DNA of 64,000 bases from the NCBI GenBank assembly GCA_965200775.1, contig OZ241383.1, positions 132,280-196,279 of the forward strand, given 5' to 3'. The notes beneath the pieces were generated by a model that did not search any database, was not told where the DNA came from, and saw only the letters and a list, made by a program, of their open reading frames with translations. The stretch comes from Acidimicrobiales bacterium. GTDB taxonomy: Bacteria; Actinomycetota; Acidimicrobiia; Acidimicrobiales; Bin134. A program made the translations under genes and the position numbers. Position 1 is the stretch's first letter; every line of letters begins with the position of its first letter. Shown here piece by piece: positions 1 through 8,189 of the stretch.

Positions 1-588
1 TCAGCCACCATAGGCAGCGACTCGCTGCGGGCCGGGGTCATTGCCGGCATCGTCGGGTTGGCCTTGGTGGCCTTGTACATGCTGGTGGTGTACCGGTTGC
101 TCGGGCTGGTGGCCATCTTGAGCCTGGGGATCTCGGCCACGTTGTTGTGGGTGATCGTGGCCTGGCTGGGCGAGACCCAGGATTTGGCCCTGACCCTGGC
201 CGGGGTTACCGGCCTCATCGTGTCCATCGGCGTGTCGCTCGACTCCAACGTGGTGTACTTCGAGCACCTCAAGGAGGACGTGGCCACCGGGCGGACCCTG
301 CGCTCCTCGCTTGAGCAGGCCTTCCCCGCCGCGTTCCGGACCATCTTCTGGGCCAACTTCGCCTCGCTGATAGCCGCCGTCATCTTGTACTGGCTGTCGG
401 CCGGCTCGGTTCGGGGTTTCGCCCTCATGCTGGGCCTGGCCTCGGTGCTTGACCTGGTGGCCACCTACTTCTTCCTCAGGCCTTGCGCCCAGCTCATGTC
501 AAGGTCGCCCAGCCTGATGGCCAACCACCAGCGTTTGGGAATGCCTACCGACCGGGAGGCTGTCTCGGCGGCAGGGAGCGGGGCATGA
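1..588 (+). CDS. secD: Protein translocase subunit SecD, C-terminal part (5' end lies outside the window)
   Basis: Frame 1 is open from nt 1. The C-terminal TM bundle (LVALYMLVVYRLLGLVAILSLG...SIGVSLDSNVVYFEHLKE...) is typical of SecD. The stop TGA 586-588 overlaps the secF ATG (ATGA). Confidence 0.85.
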   Translation, partial: SATIGSDSLRAGVIAGIVGLALVALYMLVVYRLLGLVAILSLGISATLLWVIVAWLGETQDLALTLAGVTGLIVSIGVSLDSNVVYFEHLKEDVATGRTLRSSLEQAFPAAFRTIFWANFASLIAAVILYWLSAGSVRGFALMLGLASVLDLVATYFFLRPCAQLMSRSPSLMANHQRLGMPTDREAVSAAGSGA

Positions 589-1688
589 ACCGGCTCCTGC
601 GCCTGTGGCGCAACCAGGCCAACGTGGACTTCCCCACGGTGTGGAAGTACACCCTGCGGGTGTCGGCAGCGGTGATCGTGATCGGCATCGTGGCTTTGCT
701 GGTGCGGGGCGTGAACCTGGGGATTGAGTTCGAGGGGGGGACGGTGTGGGAGGTGTCCGCTCCCGACGCTTCCACCGCCGATGTGCGCGACGCCCTTAGG
801 GATGTGGGTCAGGCCGACGCCAAGATCCAGTTCGTCGGCGGCGATCTTGTGCGGGTTCGGGCCGAGCTGGACGCCACCGACGCTTCCAGCGTGGCCGAGG
901 TGACCCTGGCTCTGGCCACCCTCACCGGCCAGCAGCTGGACGACATCAGCTTCAACTCGATCAGCGCGTCGTGGGGCGACGAGATCACCAACAAGGCCAT
1001 CCGGGCCCTGATCGTGTTTTTCATCGTGGTCGCCATCTACATCACGCTGCGGCTGGAGTGGAAGATGGCCCTGGCCGCACTGGTGGCCGTGGCCCACGAC
1101 ATCCTCATTACCGTGGGGATTTACGCCCTGTTCCAGTTCGAGGTGACGCCGGCCACTGCCATTGCGTTCCTCACCATCATGGGCTACTCCCTGTACGACA
1201 CCCTGGTGGTGTTCGACAAGGCCCGTGACTTCCAGCGCCGCTCCGCTCTGGTTGGACGGGCCACCTATACCCGGATCATGAACTCGGCACTCAACACCGT
1301 TTTGATGCGGTCGGTGAACACCACCATCACCTCGGTTCTGCCCGTGCTGTCGATGTTGGTGATCGGCACGCTGGTGCTTGGTGCGGTGACACTGGCCGAG
1401 TTCGCCGTGGCCCTCTTGATCGGGCTCTTGGTGGGGACCTACTCGTCGCTGTTCGTGGCGGCTCCGGCGGTGACCTGGCTGAAGGAGCGAGAGCCCGAGT
1501 ACGTGGAGATGCGGGAGCGCCTCGAGGCCCGGGCCCAGTCCCGAGGCACCACAGTTCATGAGGTGGAGGAGGTGCCGACTGCTCCGGCTTCGGCCGGTCA
1601 GGCTCCAGCTTCGGGCGGCCCGGCCCGGCGGCCGCCAATGCCGGGGACCGCCATCCCACCCAGGCCCCGTAAGCGCAAGCGCCGCTAG
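585..1688 (+). CDS. secF: Protein translocase subunit SecF
   Basis: ATG 585 is coupled to the secD stop. The product has an N-terminal TM, a GIEFEGGT periplasmic segment, a C-terminal multi-TM bundle (ITLRLEWKMALAALVAVAHDILITVGIY) and a Pro/Arg-rich tail. The track ORF 483..1688 has a longer upstream extension that overlaps secD. Confidence 0.9.
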   Translation: MNRLLRLWRNQANVDFPTVWKYTLRVSAAVIVIGIVALLVRGVNLGIEFEGGTVWEVSAPDASTADVRDALRDVGQADAKIQFVGGDLVRVRAELDATDASSVAEVTLALATLTGQQLDDISFNSISASWGDEITNKAIRALIVFFIVVAIYITLRLEWKMALAALVAVAHDILITVGIYALFQFEVTPATAIAFLTIMGYSLYDTLVVFDKARDFQRRSALVGRATYTRIMNSALNTVLMRSVNTTITSVLPVLSMLVIGTLVLGAVTLAEFAVALLIGLLVGTYSSLFVAAPAVTWLKEREPEYVEMRERLEARAQSRGTTVHEVEEVPTAPASAGQAPASGGPARRPPMPGTAIPPRPRKRKRR

Positions 1689-1768
1689 CCAGCCTCTCAG
1701 CTGGGCCCGGCCGCCCCGTCGGTGGGGAAGGGTCAGCCCATGGGGAACTGTCAGAGGGGCGATTAGGA

Positions 1769-2308
1769 TTGAAAGCCGTGGACTCAACCTGGCCGCAATC
1801 CCTCATCAGGGATGTCCCCGATTTTCCCACCGAGGGGATCGTCTTCAAGGACATCACACCGCTGCTCGACGACAGTGCCGCGTTTCGCTGGGCTGTCGAC
1901 CAGTTGGCCGAGGTGTTCAGCGACACCCCGGTTGATCGGGTGGTCGGCATCGAGGCCCGAGGCTTCATCCTGGGGGCGGCGGTGGCATACCGGCTAGACC
2001 GGGGGTTCGTGCCCCTGCGCAAGCCGGGAAAGCTCCCCTACAACACCCGGTCGGTCGATTACGAGCTTGAGTACGGCACGGCCGGCCTGGAAATCCACAC
2101 CGATGCGCTATCTCCCGGCCAGAACGCCCTCATCGTGGACGATGTGCTGGCCACGGGGGGCACTGTGGCAGCCGTGGTGGAGTTGGTGGAGTCCGCCGAC
2201 GCAGTGGTTACCGGGGTGGGGTTCCTGCTGGAGTTGGACTTTCTGGACGGTCGGTCCCGATTCAATGTCGCCTGCCCTGTCGTCTCGCTGTTTCACTCGG
2301 GGGGATAG
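1769..2308 (+). CDS. apt: Adenine phosphoribosyltransferase
   Basis: 179 aa with DFPTEGIVFKDITPLL and the PRPP-binding motif ALIVDDVLATGGT. TTG start at 1769; GTG 1778 is an alternative. Confidence 0.9.
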   Translation: MKAVDSTWPQSLIRDVPDFPTEGIVFKDITPLLDDSAAFRWAVDQLAEVFSDTPVDRVVGIEARGFILGAAVAYRLDRGFVPLRKPGKLPYNTRSVDYELEYGTAGLEIHTDALSPGQNALIVDDVLATGGTVAAVVELVESADAVVTGVGFLLELDFLDGRSRFNVACPVVSLFHSGG

Positions 2309-4585
2309 ATGGCCACGCTGACCGAACGTGGTTTCTCTCGGGGGGGGCAGACGGCCCAGGGCCCAGGGACTACGCCGGGCGAACCACCCCTGCCGTGGGC
2401 CGATCAGCTCGGCCAAGAGGCCTCCCCGCTGCTCGACGCCTACCTGGCTCGCCACCCCAACGACACCACCGAGCGCATCGAGCTGGCCTACCGAATGTCG
2501 GAGGAGGCCCATGCCGGTCAGGTTCGCAAGTCGGGGGAGCCCTATGTGACCCACCCGCTGGCCGTGGCCAACATCGTGGTCGATCTGGGGCTGGACGACG
2601 TGTCGGTGATCGCCGCTCTGCTGCACGACGCCATCGAGGACACCGCCATGGACCTGGCCGATGTGCAGCGCTCGTTCGGCAGCGAGGTGGCTTCGATAGT
2701 GGACAGCGTCACCCGGCTTGACCGGCTTCAGTTCAACACCCAGGAGGAGGAGCAGGCCGCTTCCATGCGCAAGATGCTGGTGGCCATCGCCAAGGACCTG
2801 AGGGTGCTGGTGGTGAAGCTGTCCGACCGGCTGCACAACATGCGGACCCTGGCAGCGCTACCCCTGGCCAAGCAGCACCGTGTCGCCCGGGAGACAATGG
2901 ACATTTACGCCCCGCTGGCCAACCGGCTGGGTATGCAGGACATGAAGCACCAGCTCGAGGACCTGGCCTTCGCCGCCCTGCACCCCAAGCGGTACGCCGA
3001 GATTGACCGTATGGTGGCCAACCGGGCCCCCGAGCGCGACCTGTACATCACCCAGGTGTTGTCGAACGTGGACGCCCGCCTGGCCGAACTCGGCATCCAG
3101 GCTCAGGTGACCGGTCGTCCCAAGCACCTGTGGAGCATCTACGAGAAGATGATGACCAAGGACCGCAGCTTCGACGAGATCTACGACCTGGTGGGTATCC
3201 GGGTAATCGTGGACTCGGTGCGGGACTGCTACGCCGCGCTGGGGTCTATCCACGCCACATGGAAGCCGGTGCAGGGGCGGTTCAAGGACTACATCGCCAT
3301 GCCCAAGTTCAACCTCTACCAGTCGCTGCACACCACCGTGGTGGGGCCGGGGGGCAAGTCGCTGGAGGTTCAGCTCCGCACCAACGAGATGCACGCCCGG
3401 GCCGAGCAGGGGGTGGCGGCTCACTGGAGTTACAAGGGGGGCACGGCGGTTGACGACCTGGCCTGGCTGAGCCGCATCATCGACTGGCAGCAGGAGACCT
3501 CCGACGCCGTCGAGTTCCTGAGCAACCTGAAGACCGATCTCGACCACGACGAGGTGCAGGTGTTCACCCCCAAGGGCGATGTGATCTCCCTGCCCATGGG
3601 GGCCATCCCCATCGACTTCGCTTACGCCATCCACACCGAGGTGGGCCATTCGTGCATCGGGGCTCGGGTGAACGGGCAGCTAACCCCGTTGGACCGTGAG
3701 CTTCGACCCGGCGACATGGTGGAGATCTTCACTTCCAAGGTGGCCGACAAGGGGCCGTCGCGGGACTGGCTGGGGCTGGTGGCATCGCACAGGGCCCGTA
3801 ACAAGATCAGGCAGTGGTTCGCCCAGGCTCGCCGAGAGGATGCCATCAAGGCAGGTCGGGACGCGGTGGCCGCGGCGCTTCGCCGTGAGCGGCTCCCGGT
3901 GGCCAGGATCATGTCGGGCGACGAGCTTGTGCAGGCCGCTCAGGACATGAACTATCACGACCTCGACACGTTGTTTGCTGCCGTGGGGGAGCGCCACGTG
4001 TCGGCCAAGGCGGTGGCCGAGCGGGTGGCGGGCCTGAGGGTGGAGCCATCGGCGGACGACGATGCAGACGCCGCCTTGACCACCGGGCCGTCTCCGGCGG
4101 TGCTGCCCCGGCGTACCGATCGTCCGGTGGAGGTGGAGGGCCTCGACGACGTGCTGGTGAACCTGGCCCGGTGCTGCAAGCCGGTGCCTCCCGATGAGAT
4201 CATCGGTTTTGTCACACGGGGCCGGGGGGTGTCGGTTCATCGGGCCGAGTGCGCGAACGCTGTGTCGTTGTCGTTCGAGCAGGGCGACCGGCTCATTGAG
4301 GTGGACTGGAGCGCCGAGCGCAGCGGCACCTACATCGTGACCATCGAGGTCAAGGCGTTCGACCGCACCCGCTTGTTGAGGGATGTGGCCAACGCTCTGT
4401 CCACCGGTTCGGTGAACATCCTGGCCTGCGAGACCCGTACCGGGCCGGATCAGATCTCGGTTATGCAGTTCGACTTCGAGTTGAGCGACAGCACCCATCT
4501 GGATGCCCTGCTGCGCACCATCAGGGGAATCGAGTCGGTGTACAGCGCTTACCGGGTGCTCCCCACCGCCAAGGAGCAGCGGTAG
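2309..4585 (+). CDS. rel: Bifunctional (p)ppGpp synthetase/hydrolase (RelA/SpoT family)
   Basis: 758 aa. HD hydrolase region (HPLAVANIVVDLGLDD...LLHDAIEDT), synthetase region (RFKDYIAMPKFNLYQSLHTTV), then TGS-like and C-terminal ACT-like segments. The ATG directly follows the apt stop. Confidence 0.95.
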   Translation: MATLTERGFSRGGQTAQGPGTTPGEPPLPWADQLGQEASPLLDAYLARHPNDTTERIELAYRMSEEAHAGQVRKSGEPYVTHPLAVANIVVDLGLDDVSVIAALLHDAIEDTAMDLADVQRSFGSEVASIVDSVTRLDRLQFNTQEEEQAASMRKMLVAIAKDLRVLVVKLSDRLHNMRTLAALPLAKQHRVARETMDIYAPLANRLGMQDMKHQLEDLAFAALHPKRYAEIDRMVANRAPERDLYITQVLSNVDARLAELGIQAQVTGRPKHLWSIYEKMMTKDRSFDEIYDLVGIRVIVDSVRDCYAALGSIHATWKPVQGRFKDYIAMPKFNLYQSLHTTVVGPGGKSLEVQLRTNEMHARAEQGVAAHWSYKGGTAVDDLAWLSRIIDWQQETSDAVEFLSNLKTDLDHDEVQVFTPKGDVISLPMGAIPIDFAYAIHTEVGHSCIGARVNGQLTPLDRELRPGDMVEIFTSKVADKGPSRDWLGLVASHRARNKIRQWFAQARREDAIKAGRDAVAAALRRERLPVARIMSGDELVQAAQDMNYHDLDTLFAAVGERHVSAKAVAERVAGLRVEPSADDDADAALTTGPSPAVLPRRTDRPVEVEGLDDVLVNLARCCKPVPPDEIIGFVTRGRGVSVHRAECANAVSLSFEQGDRLIEVDWSAERSGTYIVTIEVKAFDRTRLLRDVANALSTGSVNILACETRTGPDQISVMQFDFELSDSTHLDALLRTIRGIESVYSAYRVLPTAKEQR

Positions 4586-4632
4586 GGGAAAGGTCGGGGA
4601 ACAGTCGTAGTGCGCCGGTAGCATCGGGGGCC

Positions 4633-5907
4633 GTGGCCGAGTTGTTCCAAGCCCCCAAGGGCACTCGTGACATCATGCCCCCGGAGTCGTACCGGTGGCA
4701 GGCGCTTGTCGCGGTGTTCGTCGACGTGGTGGGCCGGGCGGGGTACGGGCTGATTCAGAGCCCCCTGTTCGAGGAGATCGGGGTGTTCCAGCGGTTGGGC
4801 GAGGGAACCGACGTGGTTCGCAAGGAGATGTACGACTTCCACGACAAGGGCGACCGCCACATGGCCCTGAGGCCCGAGGGCACCGCTTCGGTGGTGCGGG
4901 CGTTCAACCAGTACCGTCCCACCACGCCGTGGAAGGTGTGGTACCTGACCCCCTGCTTCCGCTACGAGGAGCCCCAGGCGGGGAGGTTCCGCCAGCATCA
5001 CCAGGTGGGGGCCGAGGCCATTGGCTCGCCCGACCCCGACCTTGATGTCGAGGTGATCGCCCTCCAGCACGACTTCTACCGGGCCTTGGGCCTGAACCAC
5101 CTGTCGCTGCGACTCAACTCCATGGGTAGCCCCGAAGACAGGCAGGCCTACGCCGAGAAACTGGCAGGCTGGTTGGGCGAGCGGCTCGGTGATCTGGACG
5201 AGGCCGACCGGGACAACGTCTCCCGCCATCCGCTTCGGGTGCTGGACTCCAAGAGGGAGCGGACCATGGCGGTGACCGCAGAAGCCCCCGTCATTGTTGA
5301 GAACCTGTCCGCCGAGGCAGCGGCTCACTTCGACCGGGTTCGAGCCGGGTTGGATGCCTTGGGGGTTTCCTACGAGATCGACCCTCGACTGGTGCGGGGC
5401 CTGGACTACTACACCCACTCCACCTGGGAGTTCGCCTCCGAAGCGCTGACCTCGGCCCAGAATGCTGTGGGGGGTGGCGGACGCTACGACGGACTGGCGG
5501 AGTCCCTGGGGGGCAAGCCCGCGCCTGGCGTTGGGTTCGGGGCCGGCATCGAGCGCATCCTGTTGGCTGCCGAGGCCGAAAGTGTCGGGGATGGGCCCGA
5601 GGCGGTGGTGGACGTGTTCGTGGTGGACGTGACCGGGGGAGAGGTCGGGCGCGACCTCACCTTCGAGTTGCGCCGGGCTGGGATCTCCGCCGACCGGGCC
5701 TTCGACGCTCGCTCCATGAAGGCCCAGATGAAGGTGGCCGACCGGTCGGGAGCCCGCCTGGCCCTGCTCATCGGCCCCGACGAGCTGGCCGCCGGCACCG
5801 TCACCCTGCGCCCCCTTCGCACCGCCGGCAACCAAGCCACCCTCCCCCGCGTTGCTCTTGTCCCCGAGATCACCAAACACCTGGAAGCAGACACCCAGCA
5901 GCAGTAG
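4633..5907 (+). CDS. hisS: Histidine--tRNA ligase
   Basis: 424 aa, GTG start. Class II aaRS/HisRS motifs: KGTRD, FRYEEPQAGRFRQHHQ, GGGRYDGL, plus a C-terminal anticodon-binding domain. Confidence 0.95.
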   Translation: MAELFQAPKGTRDIMPPESYRWQALVAVFVDVVGRAGYGLIQSPLFEEIGVFQRLGEGTDVVRKEMYDFHDKGDRHMALRPEGTASVVRAFNQYRPTTPWKVWYLTPCFRYEEPQAGRFRQHHQVGAEAIGSPDPDLDVEVIALQHDFYRALGLNHLSLRLNSMGSPEDRQAYAEKLAGWLGERLGDLDEADRDNVSRHPLRVLDSKRERTMAVTAEAPVIVENLSAEAAAHFDRVRAGLDALGVSYEIDPRLVRGLDYYTHSTWEFASEALTSAQNAVGGGGRYDGLAESLGGKPAPGVGFGAGIERILLAAEAESVGDGPEAVVDVFVVDVTGGEVGRDLTFELRRAGISADRAFDARSMKAQMKVADRSGARLALLIGPDELAAGTVTLRPLRTAGNQATLPRVALVPEITKHLEADTQQQ

Positions 5908-5970
5908 AAGTTCAGCTCAAGAGCCCCTCGGCCCGGTCAAAACCCCGAATCGTGTCGCTGCTCGCCCCGA

Positions 5971-6023
5971 GTTATGCCATAATTCTTTTGATAGCTTCAG
6001 TCAGAAAAGAATTATGGCATATT
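5971..6023. repeat. Palindromic element copy 1: perfect 16-bp arms ATGCCATAATTCTTTT / AAAAGAATTATGGCAT (5974-5989, 6005-6020) with a 15-nt loop
   Basis: Read directly from the sequence. The right arm contains the ATG (6014) of the downstream AlbA_2-type gene. A related copy lies at 7720-7772. Confidence 0.9.
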
Positions 6024-7681
6024 CGTTGTTCCATCCTCGCAGCCCCCGACCTCTTCCGTCGTCCATCTCGCTGGAGCGCTTCGCCCGGGAAGTTGATGGC
6101 GAGAGCAGCGTGCTGGAATTCAAGCGAGGCGATTCTCCCAAGCCAATCGCAGAAGCAGTCACGGCTTTCTCCAACACGAACGGAGGTGTGGTGCTTGTGG
6201 GAGTGGACGACGACGGGTCTGTCCGAGGGGTCAACGCAGGAGAGCAAAAGATCGCCCAGTTGTACAGCGGGATCCACAGCGCTCTGCATGACCACATCAG
6301 GCTGGAGATCCATGTTCTGGCGGTAGGCGACCGGGACCTGCTGGTGGTTGACGTTCCCCGGCGAAGCGATGGGGTCACCCAGATGGGAGACGGACGGGTG
6401 CTAGTCCGCAGGGGAGCGTCGAACCGGGTTCTGATGGGCGATGATTTGCTTTCGTTCGCGGTGAGCCGCACCAGGGCAGGGATTGAATCAGCCGCGACCG
6501 AGGCTAAGCCGGCTGACGCCGACGGCGACCTCTTGGAGCAACTGCGGGTGGCCTGGGATTGGAGGGTGGATGAGGTTGAGGATCGTCTCGTTGAGAACCA
6601 CTTCGCGTCACGCGATGGTGGGGATGTCCGGCTGACGGTCGCCGGGGCATTGTTTCTGTTGGCTGAACCTCAGGCGGTGCTGGGCAAGACCTACGTTGAG
6701 ATTCTGCGCTTCAGAGACCAGTCCGGGGAGTTTGATCAACGGCTGGAGGTAATGGGGGATTTGCCAACCCAGATCCAAGCCACGGTCTCGGTTCTCATGG
6801 GCATGGTCGGCTTTGACACTGCATTCGTGGGGTTGAGAAGAAGGGACCTTCCGCGGCTCCCTGAGCCGGTGGTTAGAGAAGCCCTGGCGAACGCGGTGGC
6901 CCACCGGTCTTACCGGACGACGGGGGCTCCGGTGCGAGTTGAGGTTCACGCTGGCCATGTCGATGTCATTTCTCCGGGGGGTTTCCCCGATCCGGTTACC
7001 CCCGAGAACATCCGAGGTCAGAGCGTGGCCCGCAACCGGAGCGTCATCGGCACGCTGCGACGAATGGAACTAGCCGAGGACGTGGGGAGAGGTGTGGACC
7101 GGATGCAGGACGCCATGGAGGCCAACCTGCTCCCGCCGCCCGAGTTTGTCGAGGTGGCCGACACCGTCCGGGTTCGATTGGCCATGGAGTCGGCGGCTAC
7201 CCCGGATGAACGGGCGTGGGTCCTGGAACTCAGCAGAACCCATGAGCTGGAGCCTGGTGACACCCGTCTATTGGTTGAAGCCTCAAGGCGCGGAGTTGTT
7301 GCCAACTCGGATGTCAGGAATCTGCTGGGGGTGGACGAGCAAGAGGCTAGGAGAATCTGTGAGCGGCTGAAAGCCGCTGAGCTGCTGGAGCAGAACGGCA
7401 ATCGCGGCGGAGCCCGTTATCGAGTTGCCCGAACCATCGGGGGAGGGCGTTGGCAGCCAGTGGCCGAAGAGGAGATCGACCGGCGGGTGTTGGCGCTCGC
7501 GCAAGCCAGTGACGAGCCCCTGACCAACGAGCTGGTGCGGAAAGGCACCGGGCTCGACCGGGTCGAGGCGCTTCAAGCGCTGAACCGGCTGGTGGAAGCC
7601 GGCCACCTGATCCGCGAGGGCGAACGGCGGGGCACCCGCTACGTGAAGGTGGCCCAGAAGAGCAAGCCCTCAGAGACCTGA
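6014..7681 (+). CDS. Schlafen/AlbA_2-domain ATP-binding protein with HATPase_c_4-like core and C-terminal winged-helix repeats (RecG-like putative DNA-binding regulator family)
   Basis: The N-terminus ESSVLEFKRGDSPKPIAEAVTAFSNTNGGVVLVGVDDDGSVRGV is the AlbA_2 signature. The central REALANAVAHRSYRTTGAPVRVEVHAGHVDVISPGGFP is HATPase_c_4-like. Two HTH-like C-terminal segments follow. Start chosen at ATG 6014, because the track ORF start 5852 overlaps hisS. Confidence 0.75.
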   Translation: MAYSLFHPRSPRPLPSSISLERFAREVDGESSVLEFKRGDSPKPIAEAVTAFSNTNGGVVLVGVDDDGSVRGVNAGEQKIAQLYSGIHSALHDHIRLEIHVLAVGDRDLLVVDVPRRSDGVTQMGDGRVLVRRGASNRVLMGDDLLSFAVSRTRAGIESAATEAKPADADGDLLEQLRVAWDWRVDEVEDRLVENHFASRDGGDVRLTVAGALFLLAEPQAVLGKTYVEILRFRDQSGEFDQRLEVMGDLPTQIQATVSVLMGMVGFDTAFVGLRRRDLPRLPEPVVREALANAVAHRSYRTTGAPVRVEVHAGHVDVISPGGFPDPVTPENIRGQSVARNRSVIGTLRRMELAEDVGRGVDRMQDAMEANLLPPPEFVEVADTVRVRLAMESAATPDERAWVLELSRTHELEPGDTRLLVEASRRGVVANSDVRNLLGVDEQEARRICERLKAAELLEQNGNRGGARYRVARTIGGGRWQPVAEEEIDRRVLALAQASDEPLTNELVRKGTGLDRVEALQALNRLVEAGHLIREGERRGTRYVKVAQKSKPSET

Positions 7682-7719
7682 CCCGCAAAGATCTCATAAC
7701 CGGGTTGACTTATGGCCAA

Positions 7720-7772
7720 GTTATGTCAAAATTCTTTTGTAGAGCTCGACAGTAAAAGAATCATGGCATAAC
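7720..7772. repeat. Palindromic element copy 2 (imperfect): GTTATGTCAAAATTCTTTT, 15-nt loop, AAAAGAATCATGGCATAAC
   Basis: Same layout and about 85-90% identity by eye to 5971-6023. It lies 39 nt after the AlbA_2-type gene stop. Its internal ATG is followed by GCA TAA, so there is no ORF. Confidence 0.85.
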
Positions 7773-7857
7773 TCCAAACGGCTGAGGCGCCCCGCCCACC
7801 ACGCCACACCCACTCAACCTCAGCCTAGGACGCGGTGGGCGGCGGGGGCGCCACTGT

Positions 7858-8061
7858 AACGCTCGCTCCATGAAGGCCCAGATGATGGGGGCCGACCGGT
7901 CGGGGTCCCGTCTGGCTCTGTTGATCGGCTCTGACGAGTTGGCCGTCGGCGTCGTCACCGTGCGCCCCCTGCGCGCCGCTGGCGACCAGACCACCCTCCC
8001 CCGAGTCACCGTCGCCACCGGGGTGGCCAAATGCCAAGAAGTAAACAACCGGCAACAGTAA
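7858..8061 (+). pseudogene. hisS: Detached second copy of the hisS 3' end (last ~67 codons plus stop)
   Basis: It translates to NARSMKAQMMGADRSGSRLALLIGSDELAVGVVTVRPLRAAGDQTTLPRVTVATGVAKCQEVNNRQQ*. This aligns without gaps to the hisS C-terminus (5704-5907), with 43 of 66 residues identical by manual alignment. There is no upstream hisS body. Confidence 0.85.
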
Positions 8062-8189
8062 AGAGTGCGATAGTTTAGACACCTCAGTTCGCTGTCATAT
8101 GGTTGGATCACGTTATACAACCTATTCGTTCTGAGAATCGTTGTTTGCTTAAGTTCGACACCCTGGAGCCGATTACTTGGCATTGATGC

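Noticed and set aside
4586-4632. T-box or other riboswitch leaders upstream of hisS, aspS (17129-17157) or alaS (20308-20573)
   Set aside because: The intergenic spaces are far too short (under 80 nt, or occupied by an ORF). No specifier/T-box or other conserved riboswitch core was recognisable.
5852-6013. The upstream extension of the AlbA_2-type ORF (track start 5852)
   Set aside because: - It would overlap the last 56 nt of hisS and run through the palindromic element.
- The conserved domain begins only after ATG 6014.
5971-7772. The palindromic elements as integron attC sites, making the AlbA_2-type gene an integron cassette
   Set aside because: - The arms begin GTTATGC and end GCATAAC, which superficially resemble the attC core motifs.
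- In attC the order on a strand is RYYYAAC...GTTRRRY. Here it is GTT...AAC, each motif has a mismatch, and copy 1 lacks the AAC end.
- No intI integrase or attI is present in the window.
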